From Alphaproteobacteria bacterium (GTDB lineage: Bacteria; Pseudomonadota; Alphaproteobacteria; Bin95): a DNA stretch of 64,000 nucleotides. Positions 29,950 through 39,251 of the stretch are shown piece after piece. Below the pieces are notes generated by a model. The model did no database searches. It was not told where the DNA came from and worked only from the letters and a program-made list of their open reading frames with translations. Every line of letters begins with the position of its first letter. Position 1 is the stretch's first letter. The stretch covers positions 1,280,001-1,344,000 of the forward strand of contig CBDBGH010000003.1 in the NCBI GenBank assembly GCA_965205265.1. Reading direction: 5' to 3'. A program made the translations under genes and the position numbers.

Positions 29950-30431
29950 TTCCGCTTTTCGCGGAAGACGCGGTGGCAGCCCCCGCAGCCGTTCTTGCCG
30001 AGGTCGCCGAACGCAGCGCCCACAGCGCCGGCATCGCCGGACGCAAGGGCGGTCTTGAGCGCTGCCGCCTTGTCGCCGAGCAGGCCCGCCGCCGCCGTGA
30101 AGTCATCCCACTTTTCCCAGACGACATCCTTCGTTTCGGACTTCGGGTCCGCGCCCATCCCGGTGCCGGGCGGGAAGACATCCGGAATCTTCGGCGCCGC
30201 CGCGGCGATGACCGCGGCCGCCTGAGACGCCTCCTCGGCGGAGTTGCGGCCTTCGACGAAGCCCTTGAGCGTGCGCATCGCGCCGCCCATGCCCTTCATG
30301 AGCTTGCTGCGCTCCTCCATGACCTTGCCGTGCTGGTCGGCGACCGCGACCTGCTCCGGACCGAAGGCCGCAAACGCCACAACAAGGGCAAAGGCCCAGA
30401 CGGCTACCCATTTCGATTTACCGATTCGCAT
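29946..30431 (-). CDS. cytochrome c' (class II cytochrome c)
   Basis: signal peptide; VWEKWDDF; C-terminal CGGCH heme motif. Confidence 0.92.
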   Translation of the reverse strand: MRIGKSKWVAVWAFALVVAFAAFGPEQVAVADQHGKVMEERSKLMKGMGGAMRTLKGFVEGRNSAEEASQAAAVIAAAAPKIPDVFPPGTGMGADPKSETKDVVWEKWDDFTAAAGLLGDKAAALKTALASGDAGAVGAAFGDLGKNGCGGCHRVFREKRN

Positions 30432-30504
30432 GGCTCCTCCGCGCTCTAAGCCTGTATTGACTTCTCAGAAAGCCAGCATAAGCCATGGTGTTGCGAAGGG
30501 CGAG

Positions 30505-31695
30505 CTACGCGTTGAGGTATCCGCCGCGCGTCTGCGGCAGCTTCTTGCCGAGGATGGCGCCGGCGACGACATTGCGCAGCACTTCGGCCGTGCCGCCGCC
30601 GATGGTGAACATGCGCACGTCCCGCGCCATGCGCTCCAGCGGGCGGTCGCGCGAATAGCCGCGCGCGCCGAAGAGCTGCAGGGCGTCATTGACCACCTGG
30701 ATCGCGCTTTCCGAGGTCATGACCTTCGCCTGCGCGGCCAGCAGCATGTCGGGAAAGCCGCCTTCGCCGCTGCGCGCCGCGCCATAGACCAGCGCCCGGC
30801 TGGCGGCGAGCTTGATCGACATGTCGGCAAGCTTCCATTGCAGGCCCTGGAACTCGTTGATCGGCCGGCCGAACTGCTCGCGCTCCTCCGACCAGTCGAG
30901 CGCCAGCCGGTAGGCGCCCTCGGCGATGCCGAGCGCCACGGTGGCCGCGCCGACGCGCTGGCTGTTATAGGCGGTCATCAGGTCCGCGAAGCCCTTTTTC
31001 AGCCCGCGTGGCGGCATGAGCATCATGGAGGGCGGCACCTCCATCTCCTCGAAGGCGATCTCCGCCTCCGGTATGCCGCGCAGCCCCATGGTCGGCTCGC
31101 GGCGCAGGATGCGCAGCCCCTCGGTCTCGTCGCGAATGGCGAGGAAGCCGCCGATGCCCTGCTCGGCGCCGTCCTCGTCGAAGACGCGCGCGAAGATCAG
31201 ATGCAGCCGCGAGACGCCGCCGCCGGTGATCCAGTGCTTGCCGCCGTTCACCACATAGCGGTTGCCGCGCCGGTCGGCCCTCGTGGTCATCTCGCCGGCG
31301 GAAGACCCGGCTTCCGGTTCCGTGATGCAGATTGCCGGCTTGTCGCCGGCCAGCACCATGTCGGCGGCCATGCGCTTCTGCTCTTCCGTGCCGTATGCCA
31401 TGACCGCGCTGATGGCGCCCATATTGGTCTCGACCACGATCCGCCCGGTGACCGAACAGGCCTTCGACATCTCCTCGATGACCAGCACGGCATCCAGCCA
31501 GGACCGCCCCTGGCCGCCATAGGCTTCGGGAATCGTCATGCCGACGAAGCCGCCCTCGACCAGCCGGTCCACATGGTCCCAGGGATAGGATTCGGTGCGG
31601 TCCACTTCCGCGGCTCGCTCCCGCACCGGCCCTTTGGCCAGGTCCCGCGCCGCCGATTGCAAGGCGCGCTGGCGGTCCGTCAGTTCGAATGTCAT
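30505..31695 (-). CDS. acyl-CoA dehydrogenase-fold protein, probable 3-sulfinopropionyl-CoA desulfinase
   Basis: ACAD fold with GRIVVETNMGA, KPAICITEP, KHWITGGGVS, YNSQRVGA, FTIGGGTA (lacks the usual YEGT glutamate), C-terminal LPQTRGGY. Confidence 0.75.
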   Translation of the reverse strand: MTFELTDRQRALQSAARDLAKGPVRERAAEVDRTESYPWDHVDRLVEGGFVGMTIPEAYGGQGRSWLDAVLVIEEMSKACSVTGRIVVETNMGAISAVMAYGTEEQKRMAADMVLAGDKPAICITEPEAGSSAGEMTTRADRRGNRYVVNGGKHWITGGGVSRLHLIFARVFDEDGAEQGIGGFLAIRDETEGLRILRREPTMGLRGIPEAEIAFEEMEVPPSMMLMPPRGLKKGFADLMTAYNSQRVGAATVALGIAEGAYRLALDWSEEREQFGRPINEFQGLQWKLADMSIKLAASRALVYGAARSGEGGFPDMLLAAQAKVMTSESAIQVVNDALQLFGARGYSRDRPLERMARDVRMFTIGGGTAEVLRNVVAGAILGKKLPQTRGGYLNA

Positions 31696-31737
31696 GGGCT
31701 TGCGTCCCCGCCGCAGGTCCGTCAACACTAGCCCATC

Positions 31738-31995
31738 ATGAACGAGGGGTCAGCAGAGCTGCCGCCGGAGACATGGCATCCGGTGCGCATTCATCCGAAA
31801 CGCAGCCTGTGGCGCCGGCGGAGCGCGCCGCCGGTCCGCCGCGACCCCCGCCCGATGGTTGCGTGGTGCGAGAAGCGGGTGCGGCACCCGTGGAAGGCGG
31901 TGCTGGAGCCCGACCTCACCCAGGTCTTCTGGTTCGAGCACAATGACGACGCCCAGCGTTTCGCGCTCCGCTTCTTCCCGTTCAGATGCAGCTAG
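31738..31995 (+). CDS. hypothetical protein (85 aa)
   Basis: Fills the gap; stop is 3 bp before the next ATG; aromatic-rich and protein-like. Confidence 0.55.
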   Translation: MNEGSAELPPETWHPVRIHPKRSLWRRRSAPPVRRDPRPMVAWCEKRVRHPWKAVLEPDLTQVFWFEHNDDAQRFALRFFPFRCS

Positions 31996-31998
31996 GGC

Positions 31999-33231
31999 AT
32001 GGAAATTTGCCCTCTGGACCGGCTCGACTTCGCTCGGGTCATTCCTCCCGGCGCGCTCGTCACCTGGTCCGAGGGCGCGGGAGAGCCGACGGCGCTGACG
32101 ACGCGGCTGGTTGCGCAGCAGGACCGGATCCAGGCTGAACTCTTCGTCGGCGTAACGCTGTCCGACACGCTGCGGGACATCGATCCCGCCCGCCTCGCCG
32201 TCTCCAGCTACTGCACGCTCTTCCGCTATTTCGACCTGTTCGAGCGCGGCGCCGTCGATATCCGGCCTTCGCACTATTCCCGAATGGCCGATCTCCGCCC
32301 CGATGTGCTGCTCATCCAGGTGACGCCGCCGGACGGGGCCGGCCGGCGGAGCCTCGGCACCGTTGTAGGCCACAACCCCGCCTATATGGCGGCCGGGGCG
32401 ACGGTGGTGGCGCAGGAGAACCCGTACCTGCCCTGGACGGAGGGCGACGCGCTCATCGCGGACGCGCGCATCGACATACTGGTGCCGCAGGCCGCGTCTC
32501 TGGAACGGCTCATTCCGCGCCGGCCCGGCCCGGTCGAGCACGCCATCGGCGGCCATGTGGCGCGACTGGTGCCGGACCGCGCGACGCTGGAATTCGGCAT
32601 CGGCTCGATCCCGGCGGCGGTCCAGCAGGCGCTTGCGGGCAAGCGCGACCTGGCGATCCACACCGGCCTGCTGGACGAGGCGGCGGTGGATTTCATCGAA
32701 AGCGGCGCCGTCACCAACCGCTACCGCGAGACCGATCCCGGCCTGGTGTCGGCGGGCTTCCTGTTCGGCACGCCCCGGCTCTACCGCTATGCGGACCGCA
32801 ATCCCCTGTTCGGCATGCGCGGGTCCGACCATATCCACGGGGCGCGCGTGCTTGCGGCGCTCGACCGTTTTTTCGCCATCAACTCCGCCATAGAGGTCGA
32901 TCTGACCGGGCAGGTGAACGCCGAGGCGCTGGGCGGGCGCTATATCGGCGCCATAGGCGGGCAGGGGGATTTCCAGCGCGCGGCCCTTCACAGCCCCGGA
33001 GGCCGGGGCGTCGTCGCCCTGCCGTCCACCGCCGGGCGGCATTCGCGCATCGTGGCGCGCCTGTCGGGGCCGGTGACGACGGCGCGCGCGGACGCCGATG
33101 TCGTGGTGACGGAGCACGGCATCGCGGAACTGGCCGGCCGCACCCTGCAGGAGCGGGCCCGCGCGACGATCGCGATTGCCGACCCGGCACACCGGCGACA
33201 ATTGGAAGCCGCCCTCGACGCGCTCGCCTGA
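31999..33231 (+). CDS. acetyl-CoA hydrolase/transferase family (4-hydroxybutyrate CoA-transferase-like)
   Basis: TLEFGIGSIP, AINSAIEVDLTGQVNAE, GGQGDF, VVTEHGIAEL. Confidence 0.9.
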   Translation: MEICPLDRLDFARVIPPGALVTWSEGAGEPTALTTRLVAQQDRIQAELFVGVTLSDTLRDIDPARLAVSSYCTLFRYFDLFERGAVDIRPSHYSRMADLRPDVLLIQVTPPDGAGRRSLGTVVGHNPAYMAAGATVVAQENPYLPWTEGDALIADARIDILVPQAASLERLIPRRPGPVEHAIGGHVARLVPDRATLEFGIGSIPAAVQQALAGKRDLAIHTGLLDEAAVDFIESGAVTNRYRETDPGLVSAGFLFGTPRLYRYADRNPLFGMRGSDHIHGARVLAALDRFFAINSAIEVDLTGQVNAEALGGRYIGAIGGQGDFQRAALHSPGGRGVVALPSTAGRHSRIVARLSGPVTTARADADVVVTEHGIAELAGRTLQERARATIAIADPAHRRQLEAALDALA

Positions 33232-33277
33232 CGGGTTCTATAAAGCGCGCGCCCGGGAAACCTTGCAGGAGTCGTCC

Positions 33278-34399
33278 ATGGCGCACAGCCGGATCACCGA
33301 AGCGGATGTCGCAGAGCTTCGCGCCCGCATCGGCCAGCCCGTGCGCCGGGTCACCCCGCCGTTCTACACCGAGGTCAATGCCGACGCGGCGAGCCGCTTC
33401 GCCTGGGCTATCGGCGACGACAATCCGCTCTACCACGACGCCGGCTATGCGGCCCAAACGCGCTGGGGCCGGCAATTGGCGCCGCCTTCGATCCTTTACA
33501 GCCTGGAGAACACGGTGTCGGGCGCCGTCGAGGGCCTGCCGGGGGTCCATGCGATGTTCGCCGGCACGGATTTCCGCTGGAACCGGCCGGTAGAAGTCGG
33601 GATGAAGTGCCGCGCCGAGTCCTGCCTGCACGACATCGTCGAGCACCGCACGCGGTTCGCCGGCCTCGCCATCCAGCAGATTTACCGCATCCGCTTTTTC
33701 GACCAGCATGACCGCGAAGTCGCGGAAGCGGACTCCTGGTGTTTCCGCACCGAGCGCGACACGGCGCGCGAGGAAGGCTCCAAATACGAGTCCCCGTCGA
33801 AGCAGCCGCACCGCTACAGCGAGGAAGAGATCGCCGCCTTCCAGGCGCAATATCTTTCGGAAGCGCCGCGCGGGGCCGAAACGCGCTATTTCGAGGATGT
33901 CAGGGAAGGCGATGCGATCGGTCCGATCCTGAAGGGGCCCTATACGGTCACCGCGGCGGTCGCCTTCATGCAGGCCTGGGGCAATTACGCGGTCCGCAAC
34001 CACCGCCAAGCCTGGCGGTATTACAACCGGCATCCGAAACTGGCCGCCCGCAACGGGAACAATGTTCCGGAGCCGCCCGTGCGCGTGCATTGGGACCGCG
34101 AGTTCGCCCAGGAGGTCGGCGTTCCCGGAGCCTATGATTTCGGGCCCGAACGGATCGCATGGCTCGGCCATCTGGTGACCGACTGGATGGGCGATGACGG
34201 CTTCCTGAAGCGGCTCAACGTCCAGGTCCGCGGCCACAATGTTGTGGGCGACGCCACATGGTGCCGGGGCGAGGTGGTGGGGACCGGGATCGTGGACGGC
34301 GAAGGCTGCGTCGAATGCGCGATCCGCTGCATCAACCAGAACGGGCAGACATCCGCGCTCGGCACGGCGACCGTCGTCCTGCCCGGAAAGTCAGCCTGA
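33278..34399 (+). CDS. double hot-dog MaoC-like dehydratase
   Basis: FAWAIGDDNPLYHD, APPS, RYFEDVREGD, VHWDREFAQEVGVPGAYDFG. Confidence 0.88.
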   Translation: MAHSRITEADVAELRARIGQPVRRVTPPFYTEVNADAASRFAWAIGDDNPLYHDAGYAAQTRWGRQLAPPSILYSLENTVSGAVEGLPGVHAMFAGTDFRWNRPVEVGMKCRAESCLHDIVEHRTRFAGLAIQQIYRIRFFDQHDREVAEADSWCFRTERDTAREEGSKYESPSKQPHRYSEEEIAAFQAQYLSEAPRGAETRYFEDVREGDAIGPILKGPYTVTAAVAFMQAWGNYAVRNHRQAWRYYNRHPKLAARNGNNVPEPPVRVHWDREFAQEVGVPGAYDFGPERIAWLGHLVTDWMGDDGFLKRLNVQVRGHNVVGDATWCRGEVVGTGIVDGEGCVECAIRCINQNGQTSALGTATVVLPGKSA

Positions 34400-34421
34400 G
34401 AAACCGATACGGAAGCGAGAC

Positions 34422-34907
34422 ATGCCTGTCCTGTTCGACGAACATCGCGAAGTCGTCCAGCCCGAGTGGATCGACTATAACGGCCATATGAATGTGGCCT
34501 TTTATTTTCTCGCCTTCGACCATGCCACGGACGCATTTTACGATGCGGTCGGCTGCGGTGAGCACTACAAGGCGAACGGAAACTTCTCCACCTTCACGCT
34601 TGAGGGCCACATTACCTACGACCGGGAAGTGCTGGAAGGCGACCCGTTGCGATTCACGACGCAATTGCTCGATTTCGACGAGAAACGCCTTCACTATTTC
34701 CATGTCATGTACCATGCCGAGGAAGGCTATGCGGCGGCAACCAATGAGTTGATTGCCATGCATGTCGATATGGACCAGCGCAGGTCCGCGCCGTTTCCGC
34801 CTGAAATACTGGAAAAACTGGCGGAAGTAAGGGAGCGGCACAGCACCTTGCCGCGTCCGGACAAAGCCGGCCGCGTCATCGGCATCCGGCGAAAATCGGG
34901 CGCTTGA
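34422..34907 (+). CDS. thioesterase (4HBT-like)
   Basis: PEWIDYNGHMNVAFY, DFDEKRLHYFH. Confidence 0.88.
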   Translation: MPVLFDEHREVVQPEWIDYNGHMNVAFYFLAFDHATDAFYDAVGCGEHYKANGNFSTFTLEGHITYDREVLEGDPLRFTTQLLDFDEKRLHYFHVMYHAEEGYAAATNELIAMHVDMDQRRSAPFPPEILEKLAEVRERHSTLPRPDKAGRVIGIRRKSGA

Positions 34908-34941
34908 TTGCGGCGCCGGCAAGGAGGATGATGGCGGGTCC

Positions 34942-35430
34942 ATGTTGGTGCGGACCGTAATCCTTTTCCTTGTCGGTTTCGCCGGCCCGGCGGCGGCCTT
35001 CTGTACCGACGCTGCCGCGCCGGGCGTGGAGTGGGACCGCTGCCTGTTCGACGAGCGCAACATGCCCGAGGCCGGTCTGGCGGGGGCGAAAATCCGTTCC
35101 TCGTCGTTCAAGCGCGCCAATCTCGAAAAGGCGGACTTCACCGGCGCCATCGGGTCGCGGGCCAAGTTCATTTCCGCCCGGCTCGCGCAGGCGAAATTCG
35201 ACGGCGCAAGGCTGAACGATGCGGACTTCACCAAGGCGGACCTGAGAGGCGCCGTCTTCAGGAATGCCGACCTGCGCCGGGCGCGGTTCTTCCGGGCCAG
35301 GCTGGAAGGTGCGGACTTCACCGGCGCGCGGCTTAGGCAGACGGACTTCTTCGACGCCGACCTTTCCGGGGCTGTATGGACCGACGGCAAGCATGTCTGC
35401 GCGCCCGGCTCCGTCGGACAATGCAGATAG
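34942..35430 (+). CDS. pentapeptide-repeat exported protein
   Basis: signal peptide; A(D/N)(L/F)xx repeats; C-terminal WTDG..C..GSVGQC. Confidence 0.9.
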   Translation: MLVRTVILFLVGFAGPAAAFCTDAAAPGVEWDRCLFDERNMPEAGLAGAKIRSSSFKRANLEKADFTGAIGSRAKFISARLAQAKFDGARLNDADFTKADLRGAVFRNADLRRARFFRARLEGADFTGARLRQTDFFDADLSGAVWTDGKHVCAPGSVGQCR

Positions 35431-35440
35431 GCGCCGCCCG

Positions 35441-37213
35441 GTGAACCCTGCCAGGGAAATCCGGCAGCGTGTCGCCGCCGGGCTCCGACAGGCTTTCGAC
35501 GACGAACAATTGACCCTCCTGGGGGTGGCGCTCGTCGTCGGGCTGGCGGCGGGCTGCTGCGCCGTGCTGTTCCGGGAGGTGCTCGCGCTCTTCCAGTCGG
35601 TCTTCCTCGGCACGGGCGAGGAGAACCTGATCGATTTCATCGCCGGATTGCCGGCCTGGCAGGTGGTGCTGGCGCCCACGGTCGGCGGCCTGGCGGTCGG
35701 TATCTATCTCCGGGTCTTTCTGAACGGCCACCCCATGGGCGTGGCGCAGGTCATGGAAGCGAGCGCCGCCGGCGGACGCATGGAGTTGGCGCCGGCGCTG
35801 CACGGGGCCCTCGCCAACGCGCTGACGCTCGGCTGCGGCGGGTCATCGGGAAGGGAAGGGCCGGTGGTGCATCTGGGCGCAGCCGTGGCCTCCTGGCTGG
35901 CGCGGCGGTTCCACGACCGGCGGGGCGCGGCCCGGACCCTGCTGGCCTGCGGCGTGGCCGGCGCGGTGGCGGCTTCGTTCAACGCGCCCTTCGCGGGCAT
36001 TTTCTTCGCTCAGGAGGTGGTCATCGGCCGCTACGCATTCGGCGCGCTCGTTCCGGTTGCCGTGTCCTCCGTGGTCGCCACCCTCATCTCGCATGCCGTA
36101 TACGGGGCATACCCGGCCTTCATCGTACCCGAATTCAGCCTGGGCTCCTGGCTGGAATTTCCCGCGTTCGTGCTGCTCGGCGGCTTGACGGCTATGACGG
36201 CTGTAATCTTCATCCGGTCGATCCGTATCACGGCCCAGTTGGCCGAGGCTTCAACGGTGCCGACATGGATGCGACCCGCGCTTGCGGGTCTGGCAGTGGG
36301 ACTGATCGCGGTGGTGTTCCCGCAGGTGCTGGGCGTCGGCTATGGCGCAACGGACGCCGCGCTCAACGCCGAATACGGCCTCTGGCTGCTTATCGGACTG
36401 ATCGTGGCCAAGACGGCGGCGACGTCGCTCACCATAGGGGGCGGTATGGGCGGCGGCGTGTTCAGCCCTTCGCTGTTTCTGGGCGCCATGCTCGGCGGCG
36501 CGTTCGGCTCCGTTGCAGGTTCGGTTGCGCCGCATCTCTTCGCCGGCGTCGGCGCCTATGCAATGGTCGGCATGGGCGCGATGGCGGGCGCCGTTCTGGG
36601 CGCGCCGATCTCGACTATCCTCATCATGGTCGAGCTCACCGGGGACTATCAACTCACCATGGCCGTTACGCTCGCCACGGTAACGGCCGCCATGCTGACG
36701 CGCGCGCTGAACGGCGCCTCCTATTTCCGCACCGTCCTGGCGGAGAACGGCATCGACCTGGACGAGAGGCTGGAGACGGACGCCATGCGGCAGATGCGCG
36801 TGCGCGGCGTGATGAGCCGGTCATTCTCGTCCGTGCCGCGCACCATGAAGATGCGGGAACTGCGCGTGGCGTTGGCGACGGCCCCTTACGGCGAACTCTT
36901 CGTCGTCGATCCGTCCAACCGCCTGTTCGGCACGATCACGCTGGCGGACCTGGACGAAACGGCTTTCGATCCGGTGATTCAGGATCTGATCTGCGCCGGC
37001 GACGCCGCGAGGCTCAATCCGCCCATGCTGACCGTGGAAGACGATCTCGAAAGCGCCTTCAACCTGATGGAGACGCGGCATGAGGAGCACATCGCCGTCG
37101 TGGACAACCGGGTGGACCGGCACCTGGTCGGCTTCATCCACGAACGCGACGTGATGCTTGCCTACAACCGCGCCCTGGTCGATATGCACCGACGCGGGGG
37201 AACGGCTTACTGA
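35441..37213 (+). CDS. ClC chloride channel/antiporter with CBS domains
   Basis: GREGPVVH, FNAPFAG, GGVFSPSLFLG; C-terminal CBS pair; GTG start assumed. Confidence 0.92.
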   Translation: MNPAREIRQRVAAGLRQAFDDEQLTLLGVALVVGLAAGCCAVLFREVLALFQSVFLGTGEENLIDFIAGLPAWQVVLAPTVGGLAVGIYLRVFLNGHPMGVAQVMEASAAGGRMELAPALHGALANALTLGCGGSSGREGPVVHLGAAVASWLARRFHDRRGAARTLLACGVAGAVAASFNAPFAGIFFAQEVVIGRYAFGALVPVAVSSVVATLISHAVYGAYPAFIVPEFSLGSWLEFPAFVLLGGLTAMTAVIFIRSIRITAQLAEASTVPTWMRPALAGLAVGLIAVVFPQVLGVGYGATDAALNAEYGLWLLIGLIVAKTAATSLTIGGGMGGGVFSPSLFLGAMLGGAFGSVAGSVAPHLFAGVGAYAMVGMGAMAGAVLGAPISTILIMVELTGDYQLTMAVTLATVTAAMLTRALNGASYFRTVLAENGIDLDERLETDAMRQMRVRGVMSRSFSSVPRTMKMRELRVALATAPYGELFVVDPSNRLFGTITLADLDETAFDPVIQDLICAGDAARLNPPMLTVEDDLESAFNLMETRHEEHIAVVDNRVDRHLVGFIHERDVMLAYNRALVDMHRRGGTAY

Positions 37214-37220
37214 CTTCGGC

Positions 37221-38177
37221 TTATTCTTCGCCGTCGGGCGCGCGGCCGATATTGTGGCCGCGTAGGTCGCGCAGGTCGGGAGGCACGACGCTGGCCGCGA
37301 TGGAGGCGTCGAGAGCCTCGAAATCGCTGTAGCCGATCGTTTCGTAGAGCTCCGCCCGGCTCTGCATCGAGTCCAGCAGGGCTTCCGTGCTGTCGGCGTC
37401 TGCCAGATGGGCATACATGTCGGCCATGGCCTTCGCGGCGATGCGCAGGGACGAGACCGGCCAGATCACCACCTTGCAGCCCATCGCCTCGAACTGCGCG
37501 CCGGTGAAATAGGGAGTGCGGCCGAACTCGGTCATGTTCGCCATGAGCGGCGCGTCCACCGAGGACGAGAACCGCCGGAACATGGCCTCGCTGGTGAGCG
37601 CGTCCGCGAAAACGATGTCGGCCCCGGCTTCGATATAAAGCCGGGCGCGCTCGATGCCGTCCTCCAGGCCCTCCTGGGCGACGGCGTCCGTCCGCGCAAC
37701 GATGCGCAGATGCGTCCTCGCCCGGTGCGCGGCCTCCACCTTGCGCGCCATGTCCTCGGGGCTCGCCAGCTGCTTGTCGTTCAGATGGCCGCATTTCTTC
37801 GGCAACAACTGGTCCTCGATCTGCACGGCAGCGGCGCCGGCGGCCTCCAATTCGCGGACCGTGCGCATGACGTTCAGCACTTCGCCATAGCCGGTGTCGG
37901 CGTCCACGATGAGCGGCAATTGCGTCGCGCGGTAAATGCTGCGGACGTGGTGGCAGAGCTCGTCCAGGCCGATCACGCCCAGGTCCGGCAGGCCCATCGA
38001 GGCCGTGACCGCCGCGCCCGAGACATAGAGGCACTCGAAACCGGCCCGCTTGGCGAGCAGGCCGGCCATTGCATTGTGCGCGCCGGGCGCCCGCAGGATT
38101 CCGGGCCGCACCAACAGGGCGGCGAAACGCTCCCCGGCCGGCTGCTTGATCCACCGGTCATTGGTAAGCCAGGTCAT
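37221..38177 (-). CDS. prpB: methylisocitrate lyase
   Basis: GLPDLG, VDADTGYG, EDQLLPKKCGHL, ARTDA, ANMTEFGRTP. Confidence 0.92.
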   Translation of the reverse strand: MTWLTNDRWIKQPAGERFAALLVRPGILRAPGAHNAMAGLLAKRAGFECLYVSGAAVTASMGLPDLGVIGLDELCHHVRSIYRATQLPLIVDADTGYGEVLNVMRTVRELEAAGAAAVQIEDQLLPKKCGHLNDKQLASPEDMARKVEAAHRARTHLRIVARTDAVAQEGLEDGIERARLYIEAGADIVFADALTSEAMFRRFSSSVDAPLMANMTEFGRTPYFTGAQFEAMGCKVVIWPVSSLRIAAKAMADMYAHLADADSTEALLDSMQSRAELYETIGYSDFEALDASIAASVVPPDLRDLRGHNIGRAPDGEE

Positions 38178-38249
38178 CGAACCTCCTCCGTTGGCCGCCG
38201 TTGCAACCGGAGCCGCCAGTCGAGCCGTCCCGGGCTGCGCTGTCTCTCG

Positions 38250-38663
38250 CTAGCACTGCATGACCCGTATATGGCCTTCGTTCCCGTAAGCGAGCAGCTG
38301 GCGGTCGCGAGTCACCAGCGTATAGCCGAAAGCGCGTGCTGTGGCGGCCATAATTCGATCCACCGGATCGGCTGGCGGCGAGCCGGGAAGGGTGCATGAC
38401 GCGATCAGTACCGCAGGCGGCATGTCTGCGAGATGCACTCCCGGCAAGTTGCAGAGACGGTGGAACCAGACCTCGGGATCGAGCGAAAACGCCAGTCTTC
38501 CCTTGGATGTCAGCATGGCGACCTCCCATGCAGTCATGGGCGACACCAGGAGCCTGTCTTCGTAACCGTCTATTGCAGGCAGCACCGAAGCCGCCGGCTC
38601 CAGAAGTGGGTCGCCGCCGGCAATCCAGATTGCGGCGCAACTGTCGAGCAGGAAGGCCGTCAC
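38250..38663 (-). CDS. vapC: type II toxin, VapC (PIN domain)
   Basis: LLDSCAAIW, VSPMTAWEV, DPVDRIMAATAR, LVTRD. Confidence 0.9.
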   Translation of the reverse strand: MTAFLLDSCAAIWIAGGDPLLEPAASVLPAIDGYEDRLLVSPMTAWEVAMLTSKGRLAFSLDPEVWFHRLCNLPGVHLADMPPAVLIASCTLPGSPPADPVDRIMAATARAFGYTLVTRDRQLLAYGNEGHIRVMQC

Positions 38664-38669
38664 CCGGGA

Positions 38670-39131
38670 TTACCCTCCGGCCTTCCATTCCGTATCGACC
38701 GGGGCGGTCAGGTCCGTCCCCGGCCGGACGGTCACCGTCCCCTTCAGGGCGCCGAATATGCGCGAGAAGACCGGGAAGATGTTGTCGCCCGCGGCCTCGG
38801 CAAATCCGCTGGCCGCAGCTTCGTCCGGCGGCCCGAAATCCGGGTCCGGAGGCGGGCCGGCGCCCAATTTCGCCAAGGTGTCCATCCGCTCGAACCTCCG
38901 GAACATTAGCCTGCGGCCCGGAATGTCCACATTTGCGGACTTGTAGCCCGCGTCCAGCCAGGCATGGGTGATGACGCTGTTTGAAGGGTTGTTCGACCAC
39001 CAACCCCTGTGTTTGAAAGCCGATGCAGGGAGTTCGGCCCCGATAACCTCCTCGATTTCCGAGAAAGTCATGGATACGATCTCCTGCCCCGACTGGCGCA
39101 AATGGGCCTCCAACGGCTGATATTTGGTCAT
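38670..39131 (-). CDS. putative antitoxin with a non-canonical N-terminal domain
   Basis: Directly upstream of vapC; N-domain KYQPL...TFSEIE...WWSN...AWLDAGY; antitoxin-like tail FGALKGTVTV...DLTAP...W; GGAGG RBS. Confidence 0.75.
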   Translation of the reverse strand: MTKYQPLEAHLRQSGQEIVSMTFSEIEEVIGAELPASAFKHRGWWSNNPSNSVITHAWLDAGYKSANVDIPGRRLMFRRFERMDTLAKLGAGPPPDPDFGPPDEAAASGFAEAAGDNIFPVFSRIFGALKGTVTVRPGTDLTAPVDTEWKAGG

Positions 39132-39149
39132 GCTGCCTTCCTCCCGAAA

Positions 39150-39193
39150 GGTAGTGATTAACACAAAGTTACACATAACACTACCTATTGCAA
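39150..39193 (-). promoter_or_regulatory. putative TA promoter overlapped by an inverted-repeat operator
   Basis: Minus strand TTGCAA-N16-TAACTT; inverted arms GGTAGTG(A)TTA ... TAACACTACC at 39150-39185. Confidence 0.55.
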
Positions 39194-39251
39194 GCGCGCC
39201 GCATGCAATGCGGCAGACGACCGCACCTGGTTCCACCGCCCCGGTGCGAGC

